Positions 52,169 to 62,181 of a DNA stretch of 64,000 nt are shown piece after piece (the first letter of the stretch is position 1; every line of letters begins with the position of its first letter). The stretch is from an uncultured Phycisphaerales bacterium. GTDB taxonomy: Bacteria; Planctomycetota; Phycisphaerae; Tepidisphaerales; Tepidisphaeraceae. The stretch spans positions 2,272,001-2,336,000 of the forward strand of contig CAVWLP010000002.1 of the NCBI GenBank assembly GCA_963755915.1. Direction: 5' to 3'. A program made the translations under genes and the position numbers. A model generated the notes under the pieces. That model saw only the letters and a program-made list of their open reading frames with translations. It did no database searches and was not told the DNA's origin.

Positions 52169-52458
52169 AGAAGCTCCTCTGGGCTGACTTCCTTAATAAC
52201 AATCGGTTGCGGAAAAGCGGCAAGTCGCTTGCTGAACTCCGCCGCGAGGCCAAAACCTTCTGTCGCGCCCCTCAGCGAACTCGCTGCTGAGGGGTAGAAC
52301 CGTAGGTGTAACCGCTTTGCTGGTAGAGTTCAACAGTCGCAAGCATCACCAACAAATCGCACACATTTATTAGACGTTCGAAGGGTTGTAAAAGTTCCCC
52401 AAATTGACCGTCGCACCCCTTAAAACTCACATTTGCCGCTATACTCCGCACCCGGCAA

Positions 52459-53796
52459 ATGGCGACGTTTTCTATCCAAACCCTCGGTTGCAAGGTCAAC
52501 CAATATGAAAGCGAACAGGTGGCGGCATTGCTCCGCTCGCAGGGGTTGGTGGAAACCGAATCGGACGCGGCCGATTTGAGGATCGTCAATACCTGTAGCG
52601 TCACCATGGAGGCGGCGAGCAAGAGCCGGCAGGCGATTCGAAGAGCCGCCGGCAGGTCCGATTCCAAAGTAGTGGCCATGGGGTGTTGGACAACGAGCGA
52701 CAAAGAATCCGCCACGCGCATGAATGGGGTCAACATGGTGCTGACGCACCATGACGATCTGAATTCTCGCCTCTCGCAGTTTCTTGCCGAGGGCAGTCTT
52801 GCTCAAAAGCGCTCGCTGCCGGTCCTTGAGACGCGGCAGCGTCACCATCAACGGGCATTCCTCAAGATTCAGGACGGCTGCGACGCGCACTGTACCTACT
52901 GCATCATTCCTAAACTCCGGCCGCTTTTGTGGAGCAAGCCGATCGATGAGCTGGTTGATGAGGCCAGCCGTCTGGTTGTCGCGGGGCATGTGGAGATTGT
53001 GCTAACCGGGATTTTCCTGGGTGCTTATGGCAAGGAGACCGCTCTTCGCCGAAGACGGCCGGGCAGTTCGGCGCGGCCACTTGCGCAGGCCGTTGAAGCA
53101 TTATGCACCCACGTACCGGGATTGCGGCGGGTTCGCCTTTCCAGCCTCGAGCCGGGCGATCTGGACGACGAGTTACTCGCGGTCTTGCGATCTCATTCCC
53201 AGGTTGTGCCGCATTTTCATCTGCCGCTTCAAAGTGGATCGAGTGCAATACTGCGGAAGATGAATCGCCAGTACTCCCGCGACGATTTTTTGAGGCTCAT
53301 CGATCGCCTTTATAACGCCTTTGACCGGCCCGCGCTGACGACCGACATCATCGTTGGATTTCCGGGCGAAACAGACGATGCGTTTGCAGAGACTCTTGAA
53401 ATCGTGGAGCGGGCGAGATTCATTCACATCCACGCGTTTCCGTTTTCGCCCAGGCCGGGCACGGCAGCGGCGCGATGGAAGCGGGATTTTGTTCGTGGCC
53501 CCATCGTCGGCGAGCGGATTGACCTGCTTCGAACCCGCGCGGGCGAATTCAGCCTGGCGATGCGATCGACTTTCGTAAATCAAAATGTTCAGTTGCTCGT
53601 CGAAGAGCAGAGCCTTCACACGACGTGTGCGACCCGCCACGGACGATGCGAGCGCTACTTTGACGTGCATTTCGAGGGGGAAAACGTCTCGACGGGGGAT
53701 CTGGTAAACGTGCGGATCGATCGCGTTACCCCGACGCGCACGTTTGGGACGCTTGAGTCAATTGAGCTGAAACGGCCGGAGTTGGTTTCGCGATGA
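52459..53796 (+). CDS. mtaB: tRNA methylthiotransferase MtaB
   Basis: TLGCKVNQYES, NTCSVT, KIQDGCDAHCTYC, HLPLQSG, DIIVGFPGET. Confidence 0.9.
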   Translation: MATFSIQTLGCKVNQYESEQVAALLRSQGLVETESDAADLRIVNTCSVTMEAASKSRQAIRRAAGRSDSKVVAMGCWTTSDKESATRMNGVNMVLTHHDDLNSRLSQFLAEGSLAQKRSLPVLETRQRHHQRAFLKIQDGCDAHCTYCIIPKLRPLLWSKPIDELVDEASRLVVAGHVEIVLTGIFLGAYGKETALRRRRPGSSARPLAQAVEALCTHVPGLRRVRLSSLEPGDLDDELLAVLRSHSQVVPHFHLPLQSGSSAILRKMNRQYSRDDFLRLIDRLYNAFDRPALTTDIIVGFPGETDDAFAETLEIVERARFIHIHAFPFSPRPGTAAARWKRDFVRGPIVGERIDLLRTRAGEFSLAMRSTFVNQNVQLLVEEQSLHTTCATRHGRCERYFDVHFEGENVSTGDLVNVRIDRVTPTRTFGTLESIELKRPELVSR

Positions 53797-54239
53797 TCAG
53801 CGTTGTTCAACGCGTCAAAAGCGCCGACGTCGCCGTTGGCGGGGAAACGGTCGCCCGGATCGGCGACGGAATGCTGGTTCTGGTGGCGATCCATGCAACC
53901 GATCAGGATTCAGACGTGACTTGGATGGCCAGAAAGCTCGCCGGCCTGCGGATTTTTGCGGCGGGGGAGCGGAATTTCGATCGAGACGTGACCGAGATCG
54001 ACGGCAGCATTCTGCTGGTAAGCAACTTCACGGTGGCCGCGGAAACGGCCAAGGGCCGCCGGCCTTCTCTCAGCGCCGCGGCAAGCCCGGAAGCGGGCCG
54101 GCAGAAATTCGACGCGCTTGTGGCGGCTTTAAAAACCCTAAGCGTCAAGACCGAAACCGGCCAGTTCGGGGCTCACATGCAGGTGAGTCTTGTCAACGAT
54201 GGGCCCGTGACCTTCCTGCTTGATTCGCGCCAGCAGTAG
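53793..54239 (+). CDS. dtd: D-aminoacyl-tRNA deacylase
   Basis: VVQRV, VSNFT, KGRRPS, FGAHMQVSLVNDGPVT. Confidence 0.95.
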   Translation: MISVVQRVKSADVAVGGETVARIGDGMLVLVAIHATDQDSDVTWMARKLAGLRIFAAGERNFDRDVTEIDGSILLVSNFTVAAETAKGRRPSLSAAASPEAGRQKFDALVAALKTLSVKTETGQFGAHMQVSLVNDGPVTFLLDSRQQ

Positions 54240-54301
54240 CCGGCGATATGCGCGGTCTTCTCATTGCACGTCCGCCCATTTCCGTTACCGTAGCGCCGCA
54301 A

Positions 54302-55398
54302 ATGCCCGGCATTTTGCACATTCATCCGGCTCGCTGCGATTTTCAAACCCAGCGCTGCCTGGAGACAATCACCAACAACCTCGGGCCCGAATGGCCCATG
54401 AACTTCACCAGCATTGGCCGCGGTGGGGATTTGGGCAATCTCGCCTATGCGGTGTACCGACTTCGCCGCGACGGATTGGCGGAGAATCATATTGCCCACA
54501 CCTGGTGTCCAGGAGGCTTGGTCGCGGCGGCAGCCGCAGGATTTTCGCGGATCATTTTTCTCCTCAGGGGCCGATCGCGCCGGTTTGGACGCCCTGGATG
54601 CGAGCGATCATCGCTCGCGCGAATCCTCACATCGTTTGCCCCACTTCTCACGCAAGAGATTTTTTCGTCGCCATAGGTGCGATGCCTGGGCGATGCCAGG
54701 TGATTCCTCCGCCGGTCGATTTAGATCGATTGAGCGGACGCGACAGCCGGTTGCGCCAGCGGCTTGGACTTTCCGACTCGGATTGGGTGGTCCTTGCCCC
54801 CGGCGAATCGACGCGCGAAGCGTCGCACAAGCTCTCGCTCTGGGCGATTGCCATCTTGAATGTTTTAGAGACAAGATGGCGCCTGCTGATCTGGGGACGC
54901 GGGGCGATGGTCGATCCGCTTCGGAGGTTTGTGGATTCGACGATGCTGGACAACTTGTTCGTAAACGCAGAGCAACGGCTTGGCGAGCCCATTGCGTTCG
55001 AATCGCTCACCTCGGCCGCGGACGCCGCGCTTGAATTTGGGCAAGGGATGTCGCCGGTGCTACCTGTTGAAATCTGCATGGCGGCGGGGGTTCCGGTTGT
55101 GGCGGCAGCGGCACCCGGTTTGCGGGGCCTTTTTCGCAACGGGGTAAATGCGGTTCTCGAGGAAGGAGCGACTCCCCGAAGGCTTGCCCAACGGTTGCTT
55201 GCGCTTCGAAAGGACCGGGACTTACAGCAAATGATCGCGACGGCAGCGGCCGCCCAGGCGAGGGACCTGTTTTCACCCGCCCGCAACCTGGAGCAATGGC
55301 GAACCGCCTACGCCAAGGCAGGCGAATCCCGATCGCAGACGGTAGGATTTTTTCGCAAACATCCGCTTGTCGAAACTGGGGCGATGCATTATATATGA
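54302..55398 (+). CDS. GT-B (GT4-like) glycosyltransferase, degenerate motif (frameshift ~54560)
   Basis: VIPPPVD, ICMAAGVPVVA, LAQRLLAL. Confidence 0.65.
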
Positions 55399-55402
55399 TA
55401 CT

Positions 55403-55463
55403 CGTCCGCGGGATTCCCCGGCAGAGTTCCCCCCCTCTCTGCCACCCCGCGGACGTTTTTTTT
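55403..55463 (+). terminator. Hairpin with C-rich loop and T8 (terminator or small RNA)
   Basis: CGTCCGCGGG/CCCGCGGACG, GGCAGAG/CTCTGCC, loop TTCCCCCCCT. Confidence 0.7.
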
Positions 55464-55596
55464 GCGCTGTGCCTCTCTGGTTTGCGTCGAGAGGTCGGCT
55501 CGGCAATGTCCAATTCTTCTCTCGACGAATCCTTCTTAACCGCGATGGGCTGCCTAAAGTATCCACAAATAGCGGTGCAATTGAAGGAGAGCAAAA

Positions 55597-56004
55597 ATGG
55601 AAATCAAACGAGTCGGCACGCAGCCCTCGGGCAAAGGACCGGCGGATTGGTTCACGGGAACCGTCAGGATCGATCCGCTGTTTGACAGGCCTGAGCCCGC
55701 GCGGGTGACGGGCGCGAGTGTCACCTTCGAGCCGGGCGCACGCACGGCGTGGCACACGCATCCGCTCGGCCAGACGCTGATTGTGACGGCCGGGTATGGC
55801 TGGGCGCAGCGGTGGGGCGGCAGCGTCGAGGAAATCCGCCCCGGTGATATCGTCTGGTTTCCCCCCGGCGAGAAACATTGGCATGGCGCCGCTGCCACGA
55901 CCGCGATGACGCATATCGCGATTGCGGAAAAGCTCGACGGCAAAGTGGTGGAATGGATGGAAAAGGTCAGTGATGCTCAGTATCAGGCCTCGAAGGCCGT
56001 TTAA
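55597..56004 (+). CDS. Cupin domain protein
   Basis: [29 protein letters not shown]. Confidence 0.92.
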   Translation: MEIKRVGTQPSGKGPADWFTGTVRIDPLFDRPEPARVTGASVTFEPGARTAWHTHPLGQTLIVTAGYGWAQRWGGSVEEIRPGDIVWFPPGEKHWHGAAATTAMTHIAIAEKLDGKVVEWMEKVSDAQYQASKAV

Positions 56005-56018
56005 CAGGAGATAAGATT

Positions 56019-57077
56019 ATGTTGTCAACGAAAGCTTATTCCGCCGCGAGTGCGACGTCGCGACTGGCATCGACCAAGATCAAGCGCCGCGAACCAACCG
56101 AACACGACGTGCAGATCGAGATCCTGTTCTGCGGCATCTGTCACTCCGATCTTCACCAGGTGCGCAACGAATGGAGCGGGGTCATGCCGACGGTTTATCC
56201 CTGCGTTCCCGGCCACGAAATCGTCGGGCGGGTGACGAAAGTTGGATCGGCGGTGAAAAAATTCAAGGCGGGGGATCTCGCCGCCGTCGGGTGCATGGTG
56301 GACTCGGACGGAACCTGCCCGGCGTGCCGGGAGGGGGAGGAGCAGTTTTGCCCGAACCTGACGCTTACCTACAACTTCCCGGACAAGCAAATGGGAGGCG
56401 TGACCTACGGAGGCTATTCGGAAAATATCGTCGTCAGCGAGCGATTTGTGCTTCGCGTGCCGTCGAATCTCAATCTTGCAGGGGCAGCGCCGCTTCTGTG
56501 CGCGGGGATTACGACCTATTCGCCGATGCGGCGGTGGGGCGTTGCCAAGGGTCATAAGGTCGGCGTCGTTGGGCTCGGCGGGCTGGGACATATGGGGGTG
56601 AAATTCGCCCATGCCTTCGGTGCGCACGTCGTGGTCTTCACGACGTCGCCCGGCAAGAAAGAGGACGCACTGCGCCTCGGCGCCGATGAAGTCGTTATCT
56701 CCCGTGATGCCAACGAGATGAAGCGGCACGCTGGAAGTTTCGACTTTATTCTCGACGCGGTTTCGGCCGAGCATGACATCAACGCCTATATCTTGATGCT
56801 TCGCCGCGACGGCAACCTGACGCTGGTCGGCGCGCCGGAGAAGCCGCTGTCCGTTTCCGCCTTCGGTCTCCTGATGGGCCGGCGATCTCTGTCCGGCTCA
56901 CCGATCGGCGGAATTTCCCAGACGCAGGAGATGCTCGACTTCTGCGGGAAACACAACATCACCTCCGATGTCGAGGTGATTCCGATTCAGAAAGTCAACG
57001 AGGCCTATGAACGGCTTCTGAAATCGGATGTGAAGTATCGATTCTCGATCGATATGGCATCGCTCAAATCGGAATGA
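56019..57077 (+). CDS. NAD(P)-dependent zinc alcohol dehydrogenase (YahK/CAD-like)
   Basis: CGICHSDLH, GHEIVG, APLLCAGITTYSP, GLGGLGH, DVKYRF. Confidence 0.95.
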   Translation: MLSTKAYSAASATSRLASTKIKRREPTEHDVQIEILFCGICHSDLHQVRNEWSGVMPTVYPCVPGHEIVGRVTKVGSAVKKFKAGDLAAVGCMVDSDGTCPACREGEEQFCPNLTLTYNFPDKQMGGVTYGGYSENIVVSERFVLRVPSNLNLAGAAPLLCAGITTYSPMRRWGVAKGHKVGVVGLGGLGHMGVKFAHAFGAHVVVFTTSPGKKEDALRLGADEVVISRDANEMKRHAGSFDFILDAVSAEHDINAYILMLRRDGNLTLVGAPEKPLSVSAFGLLMGRRSLSGSPIGGISQTQEMLDFCGKHNITSDVEVIPIQKVNEAYERLLKSDVKYRFSIDMASLKSE

Positions 57078-57122
57078 GCGGCCAATCGCCAAATTATTGT
57101 TGGTAGCGTATCATTCGCGCCC

Positions 57123-57803
57123 ATGGTCGCGCTCGCCGATTCGGCAAGTTTGCTGCTGCTTTCGTGGCAGAATTTCTACGTGATGATCGGATCGTCGGCG
57201 GGAGCATTGATCGGGCTGCAATTTGTCGTGATTACGCTTGTCGCCGGCACTCGCCAGCGTGCGAGCATGGAAACGGTCAACGCCTTCGGCTCGCCGATCG
57301 TCGTGCAATTTGGCGCGGCATTGGCCATTTCAGGGATGATGGTTGCACCCTGGGGTTCAGTGCATTCGATCTCAATTGCGCTGGCGCTCTGCGGCGTTGC
57401 GGGCCTTATGTATTCCATCATCGTAGTTCGCCGGGCCCGCCATCAAGCGGGATACAAACCGGTCCTGGAAGATTGGGTTTGGTACGTGACAGCGCCATTG
57501 GTTACCTATGCGACCCTTGCGATCGCTGCTGCCCTCGTTTGGGTGGATACAGGAATCGGACTGTTTATTGCCGCGGGAGCAATCTTATCTTTGTTGCTTA
57601 TCGGAAGCCGCAATGCCTGGGATACGGTAACGCACCTCGCCTCGATTGGGTCGGCGCGCCGGAAGAAACCAGGGAATCGGCATCCGGCGAAACAAAGCGC
57701 GAAGTTCATTAATTCGGCGCGGCTCTGCGCCGCCGGCCGCTCATCAGGTAGACGGACGCCCGCAATTCGAGCAACGGATCGGCCGATGATTCGATTCCCG
57801 TGA
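57123..57803 (+). CDS. Multi-pass membrane protein
   Basis: WQNFYVMIGSSAGALIGLQFV, RNAWDTV; 3' end overlaps catalase so true end is probably earlier. Confidence 0.75.
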   Translation: MVALADSASLLLLSWQNFYVMIGSSAGALIGLQFVVITLVAGTRQRASMETVNAFGSPIVVQFGAALAISGMMVAPWGSVHSISIALALCGVAGLMYSIIVVRRARHQAGYKPVLEDWVWYVTAPLVTYATLAIAAALVWVDTGIGLFIAAGAILSLLLIGSRNAWDTVTHLASIGSARRKKPGNRHPAKQSAKFINSARLCAAGRSSGRRTPAIRATDRPMIRFP

Positions 57804-58668
57804 CCCGGGGAATTGGATCGAAGATGATCTGCTTCTGCTCGGCGGCATCGTTGGTTACCAGTTTGTCCAGCACGATTTTTCCGAGCTCCATCACCTTGCG
57901 GTCCTGCGGCCAATGCACGGTCGCATCGTTGGTGATGTCGCCGTCGTTGGCCAGTTGGACCATGACGCGAAATTCGATTGGTCCGCGTGCGATGCGCTGC
58001 TTCAGTTCGTCGAAAAGATAATTCGCGCCCTTGGTTTGCGCGGTTGCTTCGTCGAGGGTTTCGTTGCCCTCGGCGGGGACGATTCGATACTTTCCAAACC
58101 GGCTTATTCCTTTGCTGTTAATAAACTTATAAGCAATGATGGCGAAAAATGTTGTGCGGGCGAAACTTGAAGGGGCGGCCTTGGGCGCCTGAATAAAGGC
58201 CAGGGCCGCCGGGTGGGTTCCCAGGAATTTCTCGATCGGCTTGGGGTTCTTCGGGTCGGAGGGGGTGGACATATCGCTGGTGGCGAGGGCCTTGAGCAAT
58301 TCCAGGAATTCCTCGCCGGTGCGGGCTGGGAATGCATCGACGGAATGGCTGACGATATCCGTATGACTGTGCTCCGCGAGCTGAAAACGGATCGCCATCC
58401 CGCGCGGAGCGGCATGCGGATCGTTGTCGGGAATGTCCGGCACTCCAGGCGAATCGGAAAACCGGACTATCACCGGCGTCGACGGCCGTTGAATGTGCGG
58501 CGCCATCGTCAACGAAACGGCCTCGCTCGAAGGCGTGAATGTTCCGCTGAGCAGCGTCCCCTTGGCGTGGGCCGGACGAAATCCGGGATGGTATCCAAAG
58601 ATCGCGTCAAATTGTTCGAGGATTTTTTGACTTAATGCGAGAAGCTTTTCGTCGGTGGGCAGGGGCAT
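57709..58668 (-). CDS. Catalase-related peroxidase (SrpA-like)
   Basis: HPGFRPAHAKG, VRFS, RGMAIRF, FDP, DPLLELRASVY. Confidence 0.92.
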   Translation of the reverse strand: MPLPTDEKLLALSQKILEQFDAIFGYHPGFRPAHAKGTLLSGTFTPSSEAVSLTMAPHIQRPSTPVIVRFSDSPGVPDIPDNDPHAAPRGMAIRFQLAEHSHTDIVSHSVDAFPARTGEEFLELLKALATSDMSTPSDPKNPKPIEKFLGTHPAALAFIQAPKAAPSSFARTTFFAIIAYKFINSKGISRFGKYRIVPAEGNETLDEATAQTKGANYLFDELKQRIARGPIEFRVMVQLANDGDITNDATVHWPQDRKVMELGKIVLDKLVTNDAAEQKQIIFDPIPRVTGIESSADPLLELRASVYLMSGRRRRAAPN

Positions 58669-58824
58669 GATGCATCTCCCGTTCAAGAGCGGCAGAATCG
58701 GTCGTAAGCCAAGACCATAACGATCGCTACGGTAGGCACAACCTTGGCGAGTTTCCACATCAATCTGTTAGAATTCTGAGCTGGCCCAGCGCGACGATTC
58801 GTTTTACCGAGTCGGGATTCGATC

Positions 58825-60330
58825 ATGATTAAAAATGTCATCGTACTTGGCGCAGGCACCGCCGGTCTGATGGCCGCCCTGGCGCTTAGACGCAAAATTC
58901 CGCAGCTTCAGGTGCAGGTTATTCGAAGCCCCGATATTGGGGTCATCGGCGTCGGCGAGAGCACGACGCCGCAGTTCGTTCAATTCCTCTTCGAATATCT
59001 TGGGATCAAACGCAAACCGTTCTATGAATCGGCCAGGCCAACCTGGAAGACCGGCATTCATTTTCTCTGGGGCCCGCGGGAGTCTTTCAACTTCGCATTC
59101 GATTTGCAGCTTGATGGGCAGTACAAGGGTCTTTCACGGCCCAACGGATTCTACTGCGGCGAAGAATTCGACAGCGTCAACCTCAACGCCGCGCTGATGT
59201 CCCAGGCTAAGGCATTTGCCGCCCAGCCCAACGGCGGTGGGCCTGAGATCGGGTCTTGCGCCGCATTTCATCTCTTCAACCCTCTGTTGGTCAAAACTCT
59301 TGAACGCATTGCCGTTGATCGCGGCATTACGTTCATCGACGTGCGTGTCTCTGGGGCGACCCTGGATGAGCAAGGTGTCCGATCCATCGTGCTCGAAGAC
59401 GGGCGTCACATTGAGGCAGACTTTTTCATAGACGCGAGCGGTTTTCGCTCCGAACTTCTCAAAGGGGCACTCAAGACGCCATTTGTATCTTACGACAATT
59501 CGCTTTTTACGGATCGCGCGATTGTGGGCAGTTGGGACCGGACTGATGACTTCATCTATCCCTACACCATCGCGGAAACGATGGATGCAGGCTGGTGCTG
59601 GCGAATCGACCATGAGTGGACCGTCAATCGCGGCTACGTCTATTCGTCCCGCTTCCTAACGGACGACGTCGCCAGGGACGAATTTCTCAAGAAAAACCCC
59701 AAGGCCAACACGTGGGATCACGTCGTGAAGTTCCGGTCCGGGCGTTATCGCGAAGGATGGGTGGGCAATGTTTTTGCGATCGGAAACTCCTGCGGGTTCG
59801 TGGAGCCTTTGGAAGCCACGGCACTGATGGTCGCTTCATCGCAAATACAGACGATGGTTACCCTCCTAATCGATTCCCAGCTCGATCCCGGGCCGCGGAT
59901 GAAATCGCTCTACAACACGACTTTTGCGGAACTGTGGGACAATATCCGCGATTTTCTGGCAATCCATTACCGCTTCAACAATCGGTTGAAAACGGATTTC
60001 TGGACGACCTGCTGCAATGAGGTTGATGTTTCAGCCATCCAACCGCTGCTCGAGTTTTACGAAGAAAATGGTCCAACTACGCTGGCGAGGCACTTGCTGA
60101 ACACCACCATTGGCGGAAAGACGCAGTTTGGGATTGAAGGGTTTCTCGTGCTTCTCGTGGGGCAGAAGGTTCCTTATCGGGCAGGCCAGCCTCTCAGCGA
60201 AAGTGAGCGAGGCATATTCCGGCGGTATTGCGAGGAGAATCGCGCGCGGGCGAAGTCGGGGCTTAGCGTCGCCGAGGCGCTGAAATATGTTAAGCATCCG
60301 CAGTGGACTTGGTTTGGTGACAATGGTTGA
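58825..60330 (+). CDS. Flavin-dependent tryptophan-halogenase family protein
   Basis: GAGTAG, IGVGEST, WKTGI, FIDASG, GWCWRI, GFVEPLEAT. Confidence 0.92.
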   Translation: MIKNVIVLGAGTAGLMAALALRRKIPQLQVQVIRSPDIGVIGVGESTTPQFVQFLFEYLGIKRKPFYESARPTWKTGIHFLWGPRESFNFAFDLQLDGQYKGLSRPNGFYCGEEFDSVNLNAALMSQAKAFAAQPNGGGPEIGSCAAFHLFNPLLVKTLERIAVDRGITFIDVRVSGATLDEQGVRSIVLEDGRHIEADFFIDASGFRSELLKGALKTPFVSYDNSLFTDRAIVGSWDRTDDFIYPYTIAETMDAGWCWRIDHEWTVNRGYVYSSRFLTDDVARDEFLKKNPKANTWDHVVKFRSGRYREGWVGNVFAIGNSCGFVEPLEATALMVASSQIQTMVTLLIDSQLDPGPRMKSLYNTTFAELWDNIRDFLAIHYRFNNRLKTDFWTTCCNEVDVSAIQPLLEFYEENGPTTLARHLLNTTIGGKTQFGIEGFLVLLVGQKVPYRAGQPLSESERGIFRRYCEENRARAKSGLSVAEALKYVKHPQWTWFGDNG

Positions 60331-60370
60331 AGGGGTTCCAGGCAGGGGCGGTCACCGGGTTTCGTTCTTA

Positions 60371-60733
60371 TCACACTTTGCGATTATCCAGGCTGTTGAT
60401 GAGGCCGGAAAGCATTTTGGAGATTTCCTCAAGATCGTTCTTCAATGCATCGTGCTGAGCTGGCTGAATGAACCCGCGCCGCCGGGCCAATTCCAATAGC
60501 GGCACACATTCCTGGACCGATCCGCGCGCGATGCCAAAGAAATTCGTCTTGTCAGGCGTGGTGAAGCGGCCATTGCCTTCGGCAATATTGGTCGATATGG
60601 ACAACGCCGCGCGATTGATCTGATCTGCCAGGAAGTAAAATCCGCGAGGGAATTTGCTTCCTAACTCGCAGATGCGATCTGAAAAATCAACGGTTTTTTG
60701 GTAGACGAGAAGTTTCTCGAATGCGAAGGCCAT
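60371..60733 (-). CDS. Four helix bundle (23S rRNA IVP-like) protein
   Basis: FEKLLVYQK, DQINRAALSISTNIAEG, IARGS.QEC. Confidence 0.92.
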   Translation of the reverse strand: MAFAFEKLLVYQKTVDFSDRICELGSKFPRGFYFLADQINRAALSISTNIAEGNGRFTTPDKTNFFGIARGSVQECVPLLELARRRGFIQPAQHDALKNDLEEISKMLSGLINSLDNRKV

Positions 60734-60750
60734 TTGCGCAAACCAAAAGA

Positions 60751-60858
60751 AAGTAGAGAGTAGAAAGTAGACCGGGGAGAGAGCCCAAATCGGCTGGGCG
60801 GCGTTATTCCACGCCGTCCGCTTTCTTGCCTTCTCTACTTTCCACTCTCTCCCCTCTA
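60751..60858. repeat. Heptamer-unit inverted repeat upstream of the four helix bundle gene
   Basis: AAGTAGA GAGTAGA AAGTAGA ... TCTACTT TCCACTC. Confidence 0.6.
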
Positions 60859-60879
60859 ATTTTCGCCTGCGGCGAGAAT

Positions 60880-61262
60880 TGGAGGCGTGGGGATTTGAAC
60901 CCCAGTCCCGTGACAACATCAGAGGCGGCCACTACATGCTTATTCGGTGTTTTGATCTCGATCCCGGCAACGAACATCGACATCCTTCGCCGGGGTCCAG
61001 CCGTCTAAAGTCTCGCCCTCCGACCAACGGCCGAATCGGAGAGCCAGGATCGCGTTTTTGCGGCCGATGTGATGCGATCCCTCACACCGTGCCGAGGTTG
61101 CCTTAATTAGGCAGCCATACGAACCGGGGCGGCCGTGAAGCCGACTCGGCCTGCAACATCGCTGTTGGCAGTTAAGGTTTGCTCGAATGATTATCCAGGC
61201 CAATCGAGCGTCCTGGGCATGCCACCGCCACCGCGGCTATCCGGTCGAAACCAGTCGCCCCC
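60880..61262 (-). ncRNA. ssrA: tmRNA
   Basis: 5' GGGGGCGACTGGTTTCGAC; 3' GGGGTTCAAATCCCCACGCCTCCA with G3-U pair; tag ORF ANSDVAGRVGFTAAPVRMAA* at 61169-61107. Confidence 0.96.
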
Positions 61263-61602
61263 GGTGGGTCAGAATTTCAAAGAACTGGCCGATTATATGT
61301 CGGATGGATTGGTAAGGGAATTCTGGGCTAAAATCGAGTAGGGAAGGGGTCTGGGCAATGGTGGCCCGGAGTTTCCCATTTTGGACTTCCCAGATTTTCT
61401 CACTTTTTCACACTTTTTAGAGAATTGGAGACAGCGGGGACTGCGCTGTGCAAGAGAGTAGAGCAGTGGATAGTAGAGGGATCGCTCTGGTCGATTTCCC
61501 AAAATTTCCCATTTTTCAGGCAACGGGGAGATGGGGATTTGAGATTTGAGGTTTCAGATTTTAGGTGAGTGGACATGGACACTCCGGCTCGAAAAGCATT
61601 AC

Positions 61603-61656
61603 GCCTCTATATACAGGTCCGGAAACGCACGTTTTGTACCTATTTTTGCAAAAATC
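61603..61656 (-). promoter_or_regulatory. Bipartite motif copy B
   Basis: Reverse complement CAAAAATAGGTACAAAACGT-N8-GGACCTGTATATAGA. Confidence 0.75.
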
Positions 61657-62181
61657 CGGGGATTTTTTTTATTCGATTGCTCCGAATGCAAAGAATCTGA
61701 CAGGAGCAGTGGATAGCAATGTTTGGGGGATTTAACTTGACGAAGGATCGGCATTTAACTGGTGTTTCGGATTGAATGGCGGAGCATACCGACCGATGGG
61801 TCGGGAAAAAGGGTTTGGTATGTAAGCGACGTGAGTATAGGATTTAGCGCAAACCGCGTGCTCACGTATATTTAAATTGACAAATCCCGTCGCAAAGTTA
61901 CGATGACCGCGGTACACTAAACTCGATTCGAATTCGAATGGCTGGGGCTGACGATTCCCGCCGAAAATTGGGCTGAATTTCAGCCGAACAATCGGTATTC
62001 AACCCACGGGTGTAGACGTCGGTAATCCGCCGAATTCAGGCAGTTTCAAGGATGAAACAAGTCCAGGGGCAAGGAAGCCGCGTGTCGTCACATATCGCGA
62101 CAGATCGACGCACGACAATTGGATTAACGGCGCGGGCTGCGCTGTTTGGGTGGAGAGAATGCTCCGGGAGCACGTGGGAAA

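Noticed and set aside
60371-60733. Avd of a diversity-generating retroelement
   Set aside because: No reverse transcriptase or TR/VR pair in the window; ordinary four helix bundle gene.
55400-60900. Integrative island with att site at tmRNA
   Set aside because: I found no integrase and no duplicated ssrA 3' end by eye.
24293-61656. Inverted motif copies as terminal inverted repeats of a 37 kb transposon
   Set aside because: The interval holds core genes (ssrA, mtaB, dtd, pilM); I see no transposase or target duplication, and the unconserved spacer fits a promoter better.
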